Origin: the human T2T-CHM13v2.0 reference genome, Homo sapiens
Length of the DNA stretch: 64,000 nt
Assembly: GCF_009914755.1 (NCBI RefSeq)
Contig: NC_060936.1
Strand: one strand, 5' to 3'
Of the stretch, positions 1 to 13,084 are shown in pieces (position 1 is the stretch's first letter; each line of letters opens with the position of its first letter). The notes beneath the pieces are model-generated. The model did no database searches, was not told where the DNA came from, and saw only the letters and a list, made by a program, of their open reading frames with translations. The position numbers were made by a program, and so were the translations under genes.

Positions 1-215
1 CCGCCTCCTGGGTTCAAACGATTCTCCTGCCTCAGCCTCCTTAGTAGCTGGGATTACAGGCACGTGCCACCACGTCTGGCTAATTTTTGTATTTTCAGTA
101 AAGACAGGGTTTTACCATGTTGGTCAGGTTGGTCTCAAACTCCTGACCTCGTGTTCCCCCCAACCTTGGCCTCCCAAAGAGCTGGGATTAAAGGTGTGAG
201 CCACCTCACCCGGCC
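1..215 (-). mobile_element. Alu (AluS-type), cut by window start
   Basis: Antisense Alu sequence GCCTCAGCCTCC...GGGATTACAGG...GGTGTGAGCCACC...CCGGCC; 5' end at ~215. Confidence 0.95.
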
Positions 216-274
216 TTGAGCCCACAATATTTCTGAGGTATGTCTGTATTGTTTAAAAAGTATTGTAAGGGTTA

Positions 275-350
275 CAGTATATGGGAACTCTCTGCACTTT
301 CCATTCATTTTTTTTTCTGTCAATCTAAAACTGTTCTAAGGAAAAGAAAA
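275..350 (+). mobile_element. Old L1 (L1M) 3'-end fragment
   Basis: TATGGGAACTCTCTGCACTTCC...TTCTGTCAATCTAAAACTGTTCTAA resembles the L1MB/MC 3' terminus. Confidence 0.6.
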
Positions 351-840
351 TCACCAATTTAAAAAGTTTTGTAGGTGAAAACTTGGATTTTGTTAAAAAT
401 ATAGAAAAACTTCATATTTTGATGAACTCTCACCATGAAGAATTATGAATGATGAAGGTATAAGCCATTCAGTAAAGACTAATGTTGCCAAAGGAGAAGA
501 GATGAGGAAAAATCAAGCAAGGTTGGCAGTGTTTTGACAGGTAATACCAGACCAAAGGAAGTGCAAGACACATAATGGATTTGTCATGTGGCAACCTCAT
601 GTCATCAGATAACATGGACAGGGCGTTGTTCCTTGAATGATTTATATCTGTGTTCTTGTGAACTGATTTCTAGAGAAAATAAACTGTATCATCTTATGTG
701 GCCAGGAACTATTCTATAGAGCATGCCTTGAACTAAACATTCAAATAGAAACTGAGTGAAAAGCACAGTGGTCCACCATAGAAAGAAAAGTTTGTGCTTC
801 TTTATAGTATGGAGGAATAGCAAAACCCTAGTGCAGATTT

Positions 841-1205
<365 letters not shown>

Positions 1206-2138
1206 TAATCCCAACTCAAGATAAATTTAAGAGCAAAGTCAAATTCTCACTAGGGGTGCTTCGGTGTTTGGATGTCTAAAACCAATCTTTCTGAAATTCC
1301 TATTTGCATACATTAATTGATTCAGAAAATATCTTAAGCAATTGAGCAGAGGACAGACTCACATTATTGGTTAATTTGAGATCCATTGCCTTTTGTGCAA
1401 TTAAACATTTAACACTATGCCAAAAAAAAAAGCAGTGTTAGTAAAACTTAGATACTGAGACAAGCATAATTACATAACATAAGCAAATAAAACACAAGCA
1501 AATACAATCTTGTATTATTTGCATTTATTTAATTTCTGATGAGATTTAACAGCATTGGGTTTTAACCTTTATCCTGTTTTATAAAAATTGCTAAGGCTTT
1601 AAATATGTTCTTATCTTTAGTTTTATTATTATTATTATTGCCTTAGAAGATTATTGCCTTTTTTTTGTGACCAAAGCTAGTCATAATTTTTCTGTAAGTT
1701 AGGGACCCCCTTCAAACTATGGAGAGGGAAGCAATGGAATGGGACATTATGAAACTTCTTGGTTGGTTTATTACACATTTGCTCTTGTTCCCCTTCCAGT
1801 GGACTTTCTGATTTGCTGCTGAGAACTCTGCTGCGCTTGCTCCACTCTTGCCCCCAGTTCCCTTTGGGAATTGCTGGCCTGAGTCACTGTTAATTGTATA
1901 CCTGTAGAAGAGTTGAGCCTGGAGAAAATATTACAAAGCACTGATTTATGACTTTTTCTCTCTTATCTTCACAGAAAAACTTAATAAATGTAAATTTTTT
2001 AGATGTTGATTTTTAAGTACCCCAATGAGTATTATCTTTTTTGTAGTTATCCTGGATCCTATCTTTGGTACCAATGTGACCCATCCTGAGTGAAGGGTGA
2101 GCCTCTCTCTTTTCCATTTTTAATGGTGGTGGTGAGTA

Positions 2139-3622
2139 ACTTAGTCTATTTGGGATACTATAACAGAATTTCATAAATTGGGTGGCTTATAAGCAACAGA
2201 AATACATTTCTCATGGTTCTGGAGGTTGGGAAGTCCTAGGTGCTGGCAGATTCAGCATTTGTTGAGTTTTTACTTCCTGGTCCATAGATGGCCATCTTTT
2301 CACAAAAAGTTGAAGTGAAGGGCCCAGTGTGCGTGTCCTTCCATGTTGGAAGGAAGGAGGGAACTTTCTGTGGTGTCTTATACCAGGGCAGTCATGACAT
2401 TCAGGAGGGCTCTGCCCATGCAACCCAATCAACTCCCAAAGGCCCACTTTCTTTTTTTTTTTTTTTAACTTTTAAGTTCAGGGGTACAAGTGCAGGTTTG
2501 TTTTATAGGTAAACTTGTGTCATGGGGGTTTGTCATACAGATTATTTCATTACCCAGGTATTAAGCCGAGTGCCCATTAGTTGTTTTTCCTGATCCTCTC
2601 CCTCCTCCCACCCTCCACCCTCTGAAAGGCCCCAGTGTGTGTTGTTTCCCTCTATGTGTCCATGTGTTCCCATCATTTAGTTCCCACTTATAAGTGAGAA
2701 CATGCAGTATTTGGTTTTATGTTTCTGTGTTAGTTTGCTAAGGATAATGGCCTCTAGCTCCATTGATGTCCCTGAAAAGGACAAGATCTCATTCTTTTTT
2801 ATGGCTGCATAGTATTCCATGGTGTATATGTACCACATTTTTTTCATCCAGTTTATCACTGAGGTTTATTCCATGTCTTTGCTATTGTGAATAGTGCTGC
2901 AATTAATACATGAATGTATGTGTCTTTATAATAGAATAACTTATATTCCTTTGGGTATATACCCAGTAATGGGATTGCTGGGTTGAATGGTATTCCTGTC
3001 TTTAGAACTTTGAGGAATTGTCACACTGTCTTCCACAATGGCTGAACTCTCACCAACAGTTTATAAGTGTTCCTTTTTCTCTACAACCTTGCCAGCATCT
3101 GTTATTTTTTGACTTTTTGATAGTAGCCCTTCTGACTCGTGTGAGATGATATCTTATTGTGGTTTTGATTTGCATTTCTCTAATGATCATTGATGTTGAG
3201 CTTTTTATTCACAAAATTGTTGGTTGCCATGTATGTCTTCTTTTGAAAAGTATCTGTTCATGTCCTTTGCCCACTTTTTTATGCGGTTGTTTTGTTTTTT
3301 TCTCTTGTGAATTTATAGATGCTGGATATTAGATTTTTGTCAGATGCATAGTTTGCAAAATTTTTCTCCCATTCTGTGGTTGTCTATTTATTCTGTTGAT
3401 AGTTTCTTTTGCTGTTCAGAAGCTCTTTAGTTTAATTAACTACCATTTGTCAATTTTTGCTTTTGTGGCAATTGCTTTAGGTGCCTTAGTCATGAAATCT
3501 TTGCCTATGCCTATGTCCTGAATGGTATTGCAAAGGCCCCACTTTCTAGTACCGTCTAGTGTATTGGTGATTAGGTTTCAACATATACACTTTTTGGAGA
3601 AATAAACATTCAGTTTATAGCA
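2139..3622 (-). mobile_element. MaLR LTR (MLT1A-like), split into 2139-2451 and 3531-3622 by an L1
   Basis: TTAGTCTATTTGGG...CTATAACAGAA...TCTGGAGGTTGGGAAGTCC start; TTAGGTTTCAACATAT...AACATTCAGTTTATAGCA end. Confidence 0.8.
2452..3530 (-). mobile_element. 5'-truncated L1 (L1PA13-like)
   Basis: Poly-T, L1 3' UTR and ORF2 C-terminus (ORF 2677-2859 WMKKMWYIYTMEYYAAIKKNE); TSD CAAAGGCCC(C)ACTTTC at 2437-2451 and 3531-3546. Confidence 0.93.
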
Positions 3623-3885
3623 GTAAGGGATTAAGAGAAGCATCGCAAAGGTAGATCTTATGAAGGTTGTGGATGATTAAGGGTGGATTACATTTTGGGC
3701 TTAGTTTTCCATGTGACTGCTAAGTCACCTTTGAACAAGTCTTCAGGAAGACATGCAGAAGTCATTAGTGCTGCTGTCTAGATACTTGCATTCTCTCCCA
3801 TCCAGGGGTATGAGATAATGTTACCATTTTCAGCAGAGTGACACGTGCTCCTTCCATCAGTTGCTGGAGACCCTATGTTATATAT

Positions 3886-4102
3886 CAGGGGTTCGTAAAG
3901 GTTTTCTGGAAAGGGACAGAAAGTAGATATTTTAAGATTTACTGGCAAGACAGTGTCTGTTGTAACTAATCAGCTTGGGTGTCTGGTGTGAAAGTAGACA
4001 GACAACCAGGTAAACAAATAGGCATGGCTGTGTTCCAACTTTACTTATCAAAACAGGTAGCATGCTGGATTTGGCCCATGGGCCATAGTTTGCCAACTGC
4101 TG
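3886..4102 (-). mobile_element. MER58A-like hAT-Charlie MITE
   Basis: CAGGGGT... and ...GGATTTGGCCCATGGGCCATAGTTTGCCAACTGCTG termini; degraded 8-bp TSD TTATATAT/CTACATAT. Confidence 0.8.
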
Positions 4103-5699
4103 CTACATATCATTTCCTTTTGTTCTCTAAAAAAAGAAGAAGAAAGAAAGAAAAAAAACCAAACCAAAACCAAAGCCACAGTGAAGACAATAGCAGTATC
4201 AGCTCTATTAGATGGTGAGGCTGGGACTTATGAAAGTTATGAGAGGCCAAGCTGGATTTGAACCTGACTTTGTAGTTCCAGAACAGTACTTGGAGCCTTG
4301 AATATGTATCAAGAAGGCACTTGATACATATTCAACGTTCAGTATTTATTTAAGCTTGATACTCTTTTCATAGCATCTTCAGTTCTTCAAACAGAAATGG
4401 ATGGTGTCAAATAGAAACTCTGCCAAAGCGCAGGCCTTGGGTAGGTTTCTGACAATTTCCCAAGCTTCCCAGTTTAAGCTATGCAGTGTGAGCTGTGGGG
4501 ACCCAGCCTTATCATTCAAAATACCAGATTCAATTTTATGTGTTGCCACTGATACTTGTTTAATCAAAAACATTGATGATCTGTTTTCTCCTGCAAACTC
4601 TGAGTCCACTTTGAATACAGATATGGCTTTTCTTGTTGAGTGCAGATTCTTATTTCTAACTGAGGATCTCGCTCCTCTGAGCAGATAGACCTTGAGTCAG
4701 AGGAAGTTGGAGGCTTTCTGCCTAAAGATCTGCCCACATAGTGATTTCAAACCCGAATCTTTACACCTAATTTTTGAAAGGTAGTTGATTAAACTAACCC
4801 AAGGAAATTTGCAAGGCTCCTCATTAATGGTTGTTGCTAATGGAAATGACTATGAGACTTTTATGTCACTATTTGTTTTTCCTAACTGTCCCCCAACAGC
4901 CTGCCTCTCTATTAAATTATTTTATTGTTATGCCTATTATCTACTACCAAGTCACTGATAAAATAAGCCATTTAAAAAAGACATAAAGATGTGCCCCAGA
5001 TAAAATGTACATCTTTGAAAAAGAAAAGGATTGAGTCTTTGAGTGCTACCTCCCCGTCTTTCTCCCTTTTCCATAATTTCATGTAAGAAATTCTGCATGA
5101 TTTGAAGAGAAAGTATTTAAGTTAGCTGGCCTTAACCAAGTACCATCACTTTAGGATGAAATATTCTGTCTTTTGGAAAGAATGTTTCATTTTATTTTAT
5201 GTAATTACATGGCTAACCTGTTATGCCACATTCATAGATACACACACTGTGCCACTCACATAGGTTGATTGTGGACTTTGCAAGTTGCATGTGAACAAAA
5301 GCCATTTGTGCAACTTCCAGTTGTTGTTAGGAGAGCTGCACAGCCTTCCCTGACCAAAGATATCTTTCTGTCTTATCTATCATCTCACCTTCACTTCTCA
5401 TGCTAATCCCTTCTGCAATGATGAGTATCCGGAGGACAGAGGCTGCACCAGTTTATTTGAACACAGAGGCCATTGTCTGGAGCAAAGTCTGGATGCAGCT
5501 GGTATTCACCTAAGTAATTATTAAATAAATAAATGAATGAATGGGTACTTAATGTATAATTGAGAATGATCTTGTTGGCAGTCGACTTCCTGTTTTCTTC
5601 TGCTGTATCTATTTGCATGTCCGATCATAGCTATAGTGTTTGTTTCAAGGTGTGCCAGATCCTTTGGTATGCTGGTGGTTTTAAATTTCTAGCCATTGA

Positions 5700-5960
5700 T
5701 AAGCATATAACTATAGCTCAGATGTGGTATGCAGAGAGTTTAAAATAGGTTATATGATGGAAGCTGGGGTGAGGGCTACAAGAGTTTGGATGGACAGAGA
5801 AGGCCTGTTTGGGGAAGTGTTGTTGGCTCTGAGATAAAAGGAATGAGGACAAGCCAGCCACGCAGTGACCTGGGGAAGAATTTCTAAGCAGAGGGAAGAA
5901 CAGGTGCAAGGATTCACAGGGAAGATGGTGCCGGGTTGGTAGCTTGGAGGCCTGGGCAGC
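5700..5960 (-). mobile_element. L2 fragment
   Basis: GGGGAAGAATTTCTAAGCAGAGGGAAGAACAGGTGCAAGG, typical antisense L2 motif. Confidence 0.6.
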
Positions 5961-6019
5961 ACAGAAACCAGCTGAGCTTCAGCCAGGTCTTTAAGGTTGT
6001 CTCTGCATCAGGCATCTTG

Positions 6020-7535
6020 CACTTCAGTTCAGCAAGTGTTTATCAAGTGCCACCCACCTCCTGAGTGCTGTTTTGGGGTCTGGAAAGCCAGCTAATAAAA
6101 AAGCCAATGAGTCCTTCATTGGTCTTCCAGAGCTTATATATTGGTGGAGGAAATAAACATCTACTGTTAAAGGTTGAATTGTATCCCCCCCGTACAGATA
6201 AAATCTTAATATATCTCTATGACCTTATTTGGAAATATGAACTTATTTGGAAGTAGAGTCATTGAAGGTGTAATTAGTTAAATTAATAGGAGGTCATTAA
6301 CTAGTTAAATTAATAATAGGTGGAGTAACATGGGCCCCTAATCTAATCTGACTGGTGTCCTTATAAGAAGACAACCACAGAGAGACACAGACATGCAGAG
6401 AGAATGCCATTAAAGATGGAGGCAGAGAGTGGAGTGATGCATTTACAAGCCTATGTGCCCCAGGAATGACCAGTCATTACCAGACGTGAGGAGAGAAGCT
6501 TGAGATAAATTCCACTTCACAGCTGCCAGTTGGAACCAACCCTGCCAATACCTTGATTTCCAACTTCTGGCCTTTAGGATGGTGACAGAATAATTTCATG
6601 TTGTTTTAAGACATCCAGTTTGTAATACTTTCTATGGCATCCCTGAAAAAATAATGTAACTATTGAAAAATTTATAATTATGTCAGGTTGTGATAAATGC
6701 TAAAAGATTATAAGAAAAATAAAGTAGGTAAAGGGACAGAGTAAACAGAAGTACAGGGGTTCTCCTTCAGACACAGTGGTCAGGGAGGGCTTCCCTGAAG
6801 AGCAGAGCCCCAAAGGGAGTAGGGGGAGGACCGGTGGAGAGATGTAGGACGAGAGAGTCTCCCCAGCCACCCTGAAGCGGCTGGCCCTGGTGTGGCCAGG
6901 GTTCTGTGCTGGGGCTGAGGGTTGGCGTGGAGTGAGTGAAGGAGCAATGAGGGGGCTAGGTCATGGAGGTGGCTGAGGCCGGCAATTTGCATGAATTTGT
7001 AGGCTTTGAAAGTACTTTGGATTTTATTCCGAGTAGGATTGGAAGCTACTGCAGGGTTTTGAGCCATTTGACGTCCAGTTTCTGTTTGTAAAAAGCACTC
7101 GGCTGTTGCGTGAAGAACAGAAGTGGGAGGGGTAGGCAGCATCAGGGAGACCCTTGCCCCCCTGAATGGGCATGCCTGTAGTGCAGGTAAGGAGGCATGG
7201 TCAGGTCGAAGATGCAGGTGAACACAGAACTGAGAGGGGCCGCTGATGAACTCTGTGTGGGATGTGGAGGGAGGGGTCTTTAACAATGACTCTGTAGTTT
7301 TGATCAGAGTGACTTGAAGAAGTTGGGTTTCATTCAAAGAAAAGAGAATGGGGAGTAACTGGTGTAGGGGAGAAGATCAAGAGTTCAACTTTGGGTGATT
7401 TTTGTGTGAGATGTCGATCAGGCATCCAATCCGACATGTTAATAGGCAGTTGGATATATAAAAGTCCAGAGTTCAAGGCAAAGGTCACTTTGGAAGTCAG
7501 CAGCTTGTAGCTGGAATTTAAAGTCATCTCAGTTT
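6020..7535 (-). mobile_element. L2 (L2a-like), interrupted by an MLT1 LTR
   Basis: Antisense L2 tail TTCAGCAAGTGTTTATCAAGTGCC; internal motifs AGATCAAGAGTTCAACTTTGG and AGGCAGTTGGATATATAAAAGTCCAGAGTTCAAGG. Confidence 0.75.
6165..6658 (+). mobile_element. MaLR solo LTR (MLT1B/C-like)
   Basis: TGTTAAAGGTTGAATTGTATCCCC...GACCTTATTTGGAAAT...GACTGGTGTCCTTATAAGAAG...GGAACCAACCCTGCCAATACCTTGATTT. Confidence 0.85.
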
Positions 7536-8299
7536 GTTGTGTACCTGGAAGGACATTTACTTCTATCCCATGACATTCATTCATGTATCTAAACCTTTCA
7601 GTTTGTCTCTAGCTGTGCACAAAGTAGAACTTTCAGGCCAGTAACTGGACCATGGGTTCCAAGAATTGCCAGCTGAGAAGCATTGTCCTGGTGCAACATC
7701 CATGACCTGTCAGTGCCACTCCAACACAGAAAAGTAAACTAAGAAGCTCCCAAGCTCTTTTTGCTTTCTTTTTGCCCATTTTGCTATGGAATCTGAAAGA
7801 GAAGTTCAACTTGAGGGTAAGGGTACAAAATGATCCTCATAAACAGAAGCAATTTCTTTTATGAAACCAGAGAGTCCCTGAGCACACGATTTAATTCAGC
7901 ATCCCTATCTTTAGGTGTTGGTATGTCACAGGCAGGACAATCTTCCTAGAGGGTGACCCATGCTTCAACCTGCAGCTACATTTTTACGGGGTATCTTCTC
8001 AGTCTCTGGAGGAAAGAGGAAACTGCAGACTTTATTCCTTCAGTTGGGATTTAAGGGCCTGTGTCTGTAAAATAGTTCCCGTCACTTGAGATTTAAGGGC
8101 CCTGTAGTAATGAGTAAGTCACCAATGTGAATTTTGTCACTTGGACTCTCACTTGACAACCAAAGCTGTCTTCTTTGTTTCTTCTTCTTTTTAAACTTAC
8201 CCATTTTGTTGACTCTTTTTCTTTAGAGTTGGAGGCAAGTGAGAACAAGCTATTACTCGATTATAGCTGAGTTTTCAGAGTTATTAAATGCTTGAAGCA

Positions 8300-8415
8300 C
8301 AGTGGGTTTTGTGGAATACTAGTCCATGAAATGTTCTGTGTCCAACGGGCTCATGTTCAAATAAGTTTGGACACAGGATGTTTTATATAACTCCCTTTTG
8401 AAGAATGACAATGTA
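8300..8415. mobile_element. MER103C-like hAT fragment
   Basis: GGAATACTAGTCCATGAAATGTTCTG...TCAAATAAGTTTGG resembles recalled consensus. Confidence 0.5.
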
Positions 8416-8429
8416 TGGGTTCTATATTC

Positions 8430-8905
8430 TGTGTAGTATCTTACTCTAAAACTTACACATATAAATAGCAAACCTTCATTATCTCAGACTATCTGTGGGT
8501 GTGGGATATAGCAGGGGATGAGCTGGATGGTTTGGCTCAAGGTCTGTCGTAACGTTGCATTCAAATGTTTTCAGGGTAGCAGTCATCCAAAGGCTCCACT
8601 TCGGCTGCAGGACCCACTTCCTTGTTCACTCATGTAGCTGGCGGAGGAAGCCTCAGTTTCTCACCACTGGGACTCTCCATCAAGCTGCTCACAATGTAGA
8701 TTTTTTCCTAAGGGAGATAGAGAGAATAAGAGAGCCCCAAGACAGAAGTCACAGTCTTTTATAACGTAATCTCAGAGGTGACAGACAACCACTTGTGCTG
8801 TATGATACTGATCACAGACGAACTATGGTCTAATATGGAAGGATTTATATTTGGGTGTGTCTACCAGAAGGCTGGGATCACTGGGGGCCAACTGAGGGCA
8901 TACGT
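8430..8905 (-). mobile_element. MaLR LTR (MLT1F-like)
   Basis: AGCTGGATGGTTTGGCTCAAGGTCT...CAGTCATCCAAAGGCT...GGAAGCCTCAGTTTCTCACCAC...GGGATCACTGGGGGCC. Confidence 0.7.
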
Positions 8906-10239
8906 GAGGCTAGCTAGACCTCACAGGGATCTCTGCCTAATTACTACTTTCGACATGAACATGTAATGTAGCAGCATTAGTGGAAGGATGGTGCTTCAAG
9001 CTTGGGTAACACATTGCTGACTGCAGCTCAAATAGGGCCAGACCTCCTTTTATACTTGGTAAAATATCAACTCTATCTTGGCTCAAACCACCAGAGATTG
9101 TAGGAGCACACATACTCAATAACATTCTACTTTCTATCATGTTTGTTCTTCCAGTGTCTTGTTGACCTGCTGAAAATATATTTTTAAAATTAAACTAAAT
9201 ACATGATTCTTTCTCTGGCACAACCCACCTCTTTCTTGGACAGAATTCTAGACCCAGAATGTCAAATGTCTCCTTGGTAAAGACATTTGGGATTGGAAGA
9301 AGAGCAGAAGCTAGACATGGTACAGATGGTGATATTATCTTTGTTCTAATTTGATTGAATGATTTATTTGTAAATACCTTTAAACAGACAATGAGTCTAT
9401 GAGTATCAGGAGCTGTGTCAACCTCATATTTCTAGTGTCTAGTACAGAGCCTGGTACATCCTTACAAGATACTCAGTTACCATTGGTGAATTAAGAACTC
9501 TCTGTTTTTCACAATGTCCTAGTACAGATATATCAGTCATCGTTGATGCTTTGTGGCCTGCAGCACACTGAATTTGGCTGTTGTTCCACTATCTCCTTTT
9601 ATATAGCAGTCAATTGCCCTGAGCATGGCTCAGAATATATTGCTCATTAAAGTGAGTTCCAGACACGACTGCAAGGGCATTAGCCTGATGCTCCAAAGTA
9701 GCAGAAAGTCTCCAGGGCATCATGTAATTATTCATTTGCTAAATAACACAGACACACAATGGCTTAATTACAGTATTTTGCTGTGAAATAAAATTGTAGT
9801 GATTTCCACATCGGAGTATCTCATTAATGAGATTTGCTAAGTGTTATTGGCAATATCGTGAAATGCCCTTTTGTTTTAAATCATTTTCTAAATTGCTAAT
9901 GTCATTTGTGGGACAGAAAATTTCCCAAACTCTCTTGTGGAGGTGAAATGTTAGTGCTTCAGAAAATTCTCACTGTTAATTTCTTCCCAGGTGGCAAGAC
10001 TTGAGAGTGTGTAAAAACTGCATTTTTGACATCTCAGTGTATCTCCACATCATCAGCATTCAAGTTATTACCAAGCATCAAGAATACAAATATTGGATTT
10101 TTCACCAAGAGCCTACAAACCTGAATACGCAAATGGTTGAGTGCCCCATTTTGTATCTGAGCTCTGCCACAAGTCATCTACATGACCCTGGTCAAATGCT
10201 TTGCTGGGCCCCAGTCTCCTCAAGGGAAACATATCTAGG

Positions 10240-10630
10240 TTCATTTGTGGATTCAACAAATATTTGCATAAGGGTCCCAGGCTCTTTCCTAGGCACTAGG
10301 AATAGAGCTGCAAACAGGACTAGACAGAGCTCCTGATTAACAGCGGCTTATCTTCTAGCAGCAGAGACAGACAAGAAGCTTGTAACTGAGTGTGTGCCTA
10401 AAATATTCCAAGCTAAGTATAATTTTTTTTTGTAGGTAAAGGAAATTGGGTAATTTAATTAAGAAATCCTCAAGAATGCCTCCTACAAGGAGGATGGCCA
10501 GGGAAAGCTTCTCAAGGAGGGTGACCTATTAGCAGAAATTTGAATAATAAGAAAGAGTCAGCTTCAGAAATTTGGGAAGAGCATTCCAGGCAGAGGGAAT
10601 GACTAAGACAGAACCCTGGGGTGGGAGCCT
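10240..10630 (-). mobile_element. L2 3' fragment (preceded by a MIR fragment at ~10130-10225)
   Basis: ATTCAACAAATATTTG tail; GGGAAGAGCATTCCAGGCAGAGGGAA motif. Confidence 0.75.
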
Positions 10631-11814
10631 ATTGTTCTCACAAAGTGTCGTCTAGCAATAAAATTCAGTGATTTCGACATGAGAAATTTCAAAGTTATGT
10701 ATTGTTTCTCCCAGAAGGTCAGTCACATCATAGGTTATCCAATTCTCATGGGTTTTATTTTCTTGTCTTAATCTAGGATGAGCTTTCCTCCTAAACGCTT
10801 CCTCCTTGATTAACTGCACCTTATCTGACAAAGTCCCACCCCTCTGTTACTTAGTGCAACCAGCTGGTTGACAATAGTAAAACAAGAAAATCCTTCCAAC
10901 CAAAGGAATCTTCTTGTAGATCCTTGTTTCTTGCCTTCCTCTTAATGACCAGTAATGACCAAGAAAATGGATGGAATTTAAAGGATATAATTTACTTAAT
11001 AGCTTTAGTCAGGCCTGAATATGAAATATGCCAGAACATAGAATCTCGTCTCCATCGTTTCAGACCTTGTTGCCCATTGAGGCGCTCCTTCTGCTTGCTA
11101 GTCCGTGTTCCATGAAACTGTGCAGGCACCACCAGGGCAACAAGTGGCTCACCCCATTGATGCATCCAGGACAGTGCCCTCCTGGTCTTTGGAAGACGTC
11201 AGAAGAATGTGTGGAACATGCGTGTACACATTAAAAAGGGCTATTCCTTCTCTTGGTTGAGCATCTATCTAACCCAATCTAATCTATCAAGCAACAAAGT
11301 GCTCAGCCTTCTAACCTTGGGTACGTTGTTGGTTGGTTGGTTAATTGATTCATTTATTTATTTACATATTCACACATATTTTTATTTTTAGTTCCTATTG
11401 CCTGAGGGTCTACTATGTGCCTTTTTCCTTCATACAAAAAAGTGGGCATATGATCAACCTTCGTCATACATGATACTATGATAACATTATTATATCCATG
11501 CTCTATATTCAGAACTTTGTATGTCTGGTTTATAGTTATTATTCATGCCTCCCCTCAAATACCTTCTACGCAGAAATGCACTGGGAATGGCCCCAACAAC
11601 ACGTACACATGGTTACGTTTTCGTACAATTAGCAAAAGTAAGACAATTTAATGTCAGCTGTTTGAGATCTCTGTTTCTTTCCACTTCCACTTTCTCCTCT
11701 GTCACATTTGACCTCATGCTGAGTGGTCCTGAAGTGGCTGTGATAATTTAGGGAAACTGACCAAGGGGAAGCTAAGTCAGATAACTATTTAATTTGGGTT
11801 TAGTGAGATATAAT

Positions 11815-11853
11815 TAGTCATGCATTGCATAACAACATTTCAGTCAATGATGG
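11815..11853. mobile_element. Tigger3 (MER7) terminal fragment
   Basis: TAGTCATGCATTGCATAACAACATTTCAGTCAATGATGG vs recalled terminus CAGTCATGCGCCGCATAACGACGTTTCGGTCAACGACGG; differences are mostly CpG decay. Confidence 0.7.
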
Positions 11854-12753
11854 TTGGAAACATGAGAGAAAAGAAAGGAGCAGGTGACCTGAAATAGGAA
11901 TGAAGGATGTTATGAGATTTGCTCGTCGTGTGATTAGTCAACATTCTTACTATTGTAAAACATTAATTTGCTGAATTAAAGACAACCTGACCATAAATTT
12001 GGATATCTTTGTTGTTGTTTCTTGTTCTTATCGTGTGTGTTGCTGAAGAGGTAAAACCAGATGTGCAGATATGAGGTGGAAGCTGTGCAATCTTCCTTCG
12101 ACTATTCAGGAAAACCACTGACTATTTAAGCTTAATAAAGTCAAATTTCTGATAAATGTGTTTATTATCAACTTCCATAAAAGTAAATGTGTTTAATTGT
12201 TTCAATATAAAAAAGGGAAATTTGAGTTAAAACCATCCAACACATTCACACTATTTGTGATCTGTGAATTAAGGGCATAAAGCAACTAGCTTGATAATCC
12301 CTTGACAGACTAATAAATGAGAATCATATTTTTACAATGGAAAATTGGTATAATTACAAAGCTATTAACTTTTTCTCATACTCCCCCATTATATTATAAG
12401 TAAGCCACAGGGAACTTTCCTTGAAAATAAATTTTCAAATTAACCTTTTGGTTTAAAAACTATCTAATTTAATCATTTTGTTAAGTCGAAGTACATGACT
12501 GTGAATATTTGGAAGCCTGGTTCCTGTATTTTGTGTTTTTTTTTTTTTATTCTTTCCTCCCACTGTGTTTTTGGGAGATCCAGAGGCATGCAAGCATTCA
12601 GGACCCAGCATGTGCTGAACACCGTGCCTACTGCTAAACAGTATTTTGGTCTGCATGGCACTCCAATGAGGTAGGTAGTAATTATTAGTCTCATTTTACA
12701 GACGATAAAACTGAGGCACTAAAAGTTGATGTTACTGATAGCCTTGGGGTTTT

Positions 12754-13045
<292 letters not shown>

Positions 13046-13084
13046 TAGCCTTGGGGTTTTAATCCATGTTCTGGCTTAATAAAA

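Noticed and set aside
6780-7337. 185-aa ORF
   Set aside because: Lies within a decayed L2; no recognisable domain
11860-12145. Possible terminal exon ending at AATAAA (~12134)
   Set aside because: No poly-A tract, ORF or clear splice acceptor; AATAAA is common in AT-rich DNA
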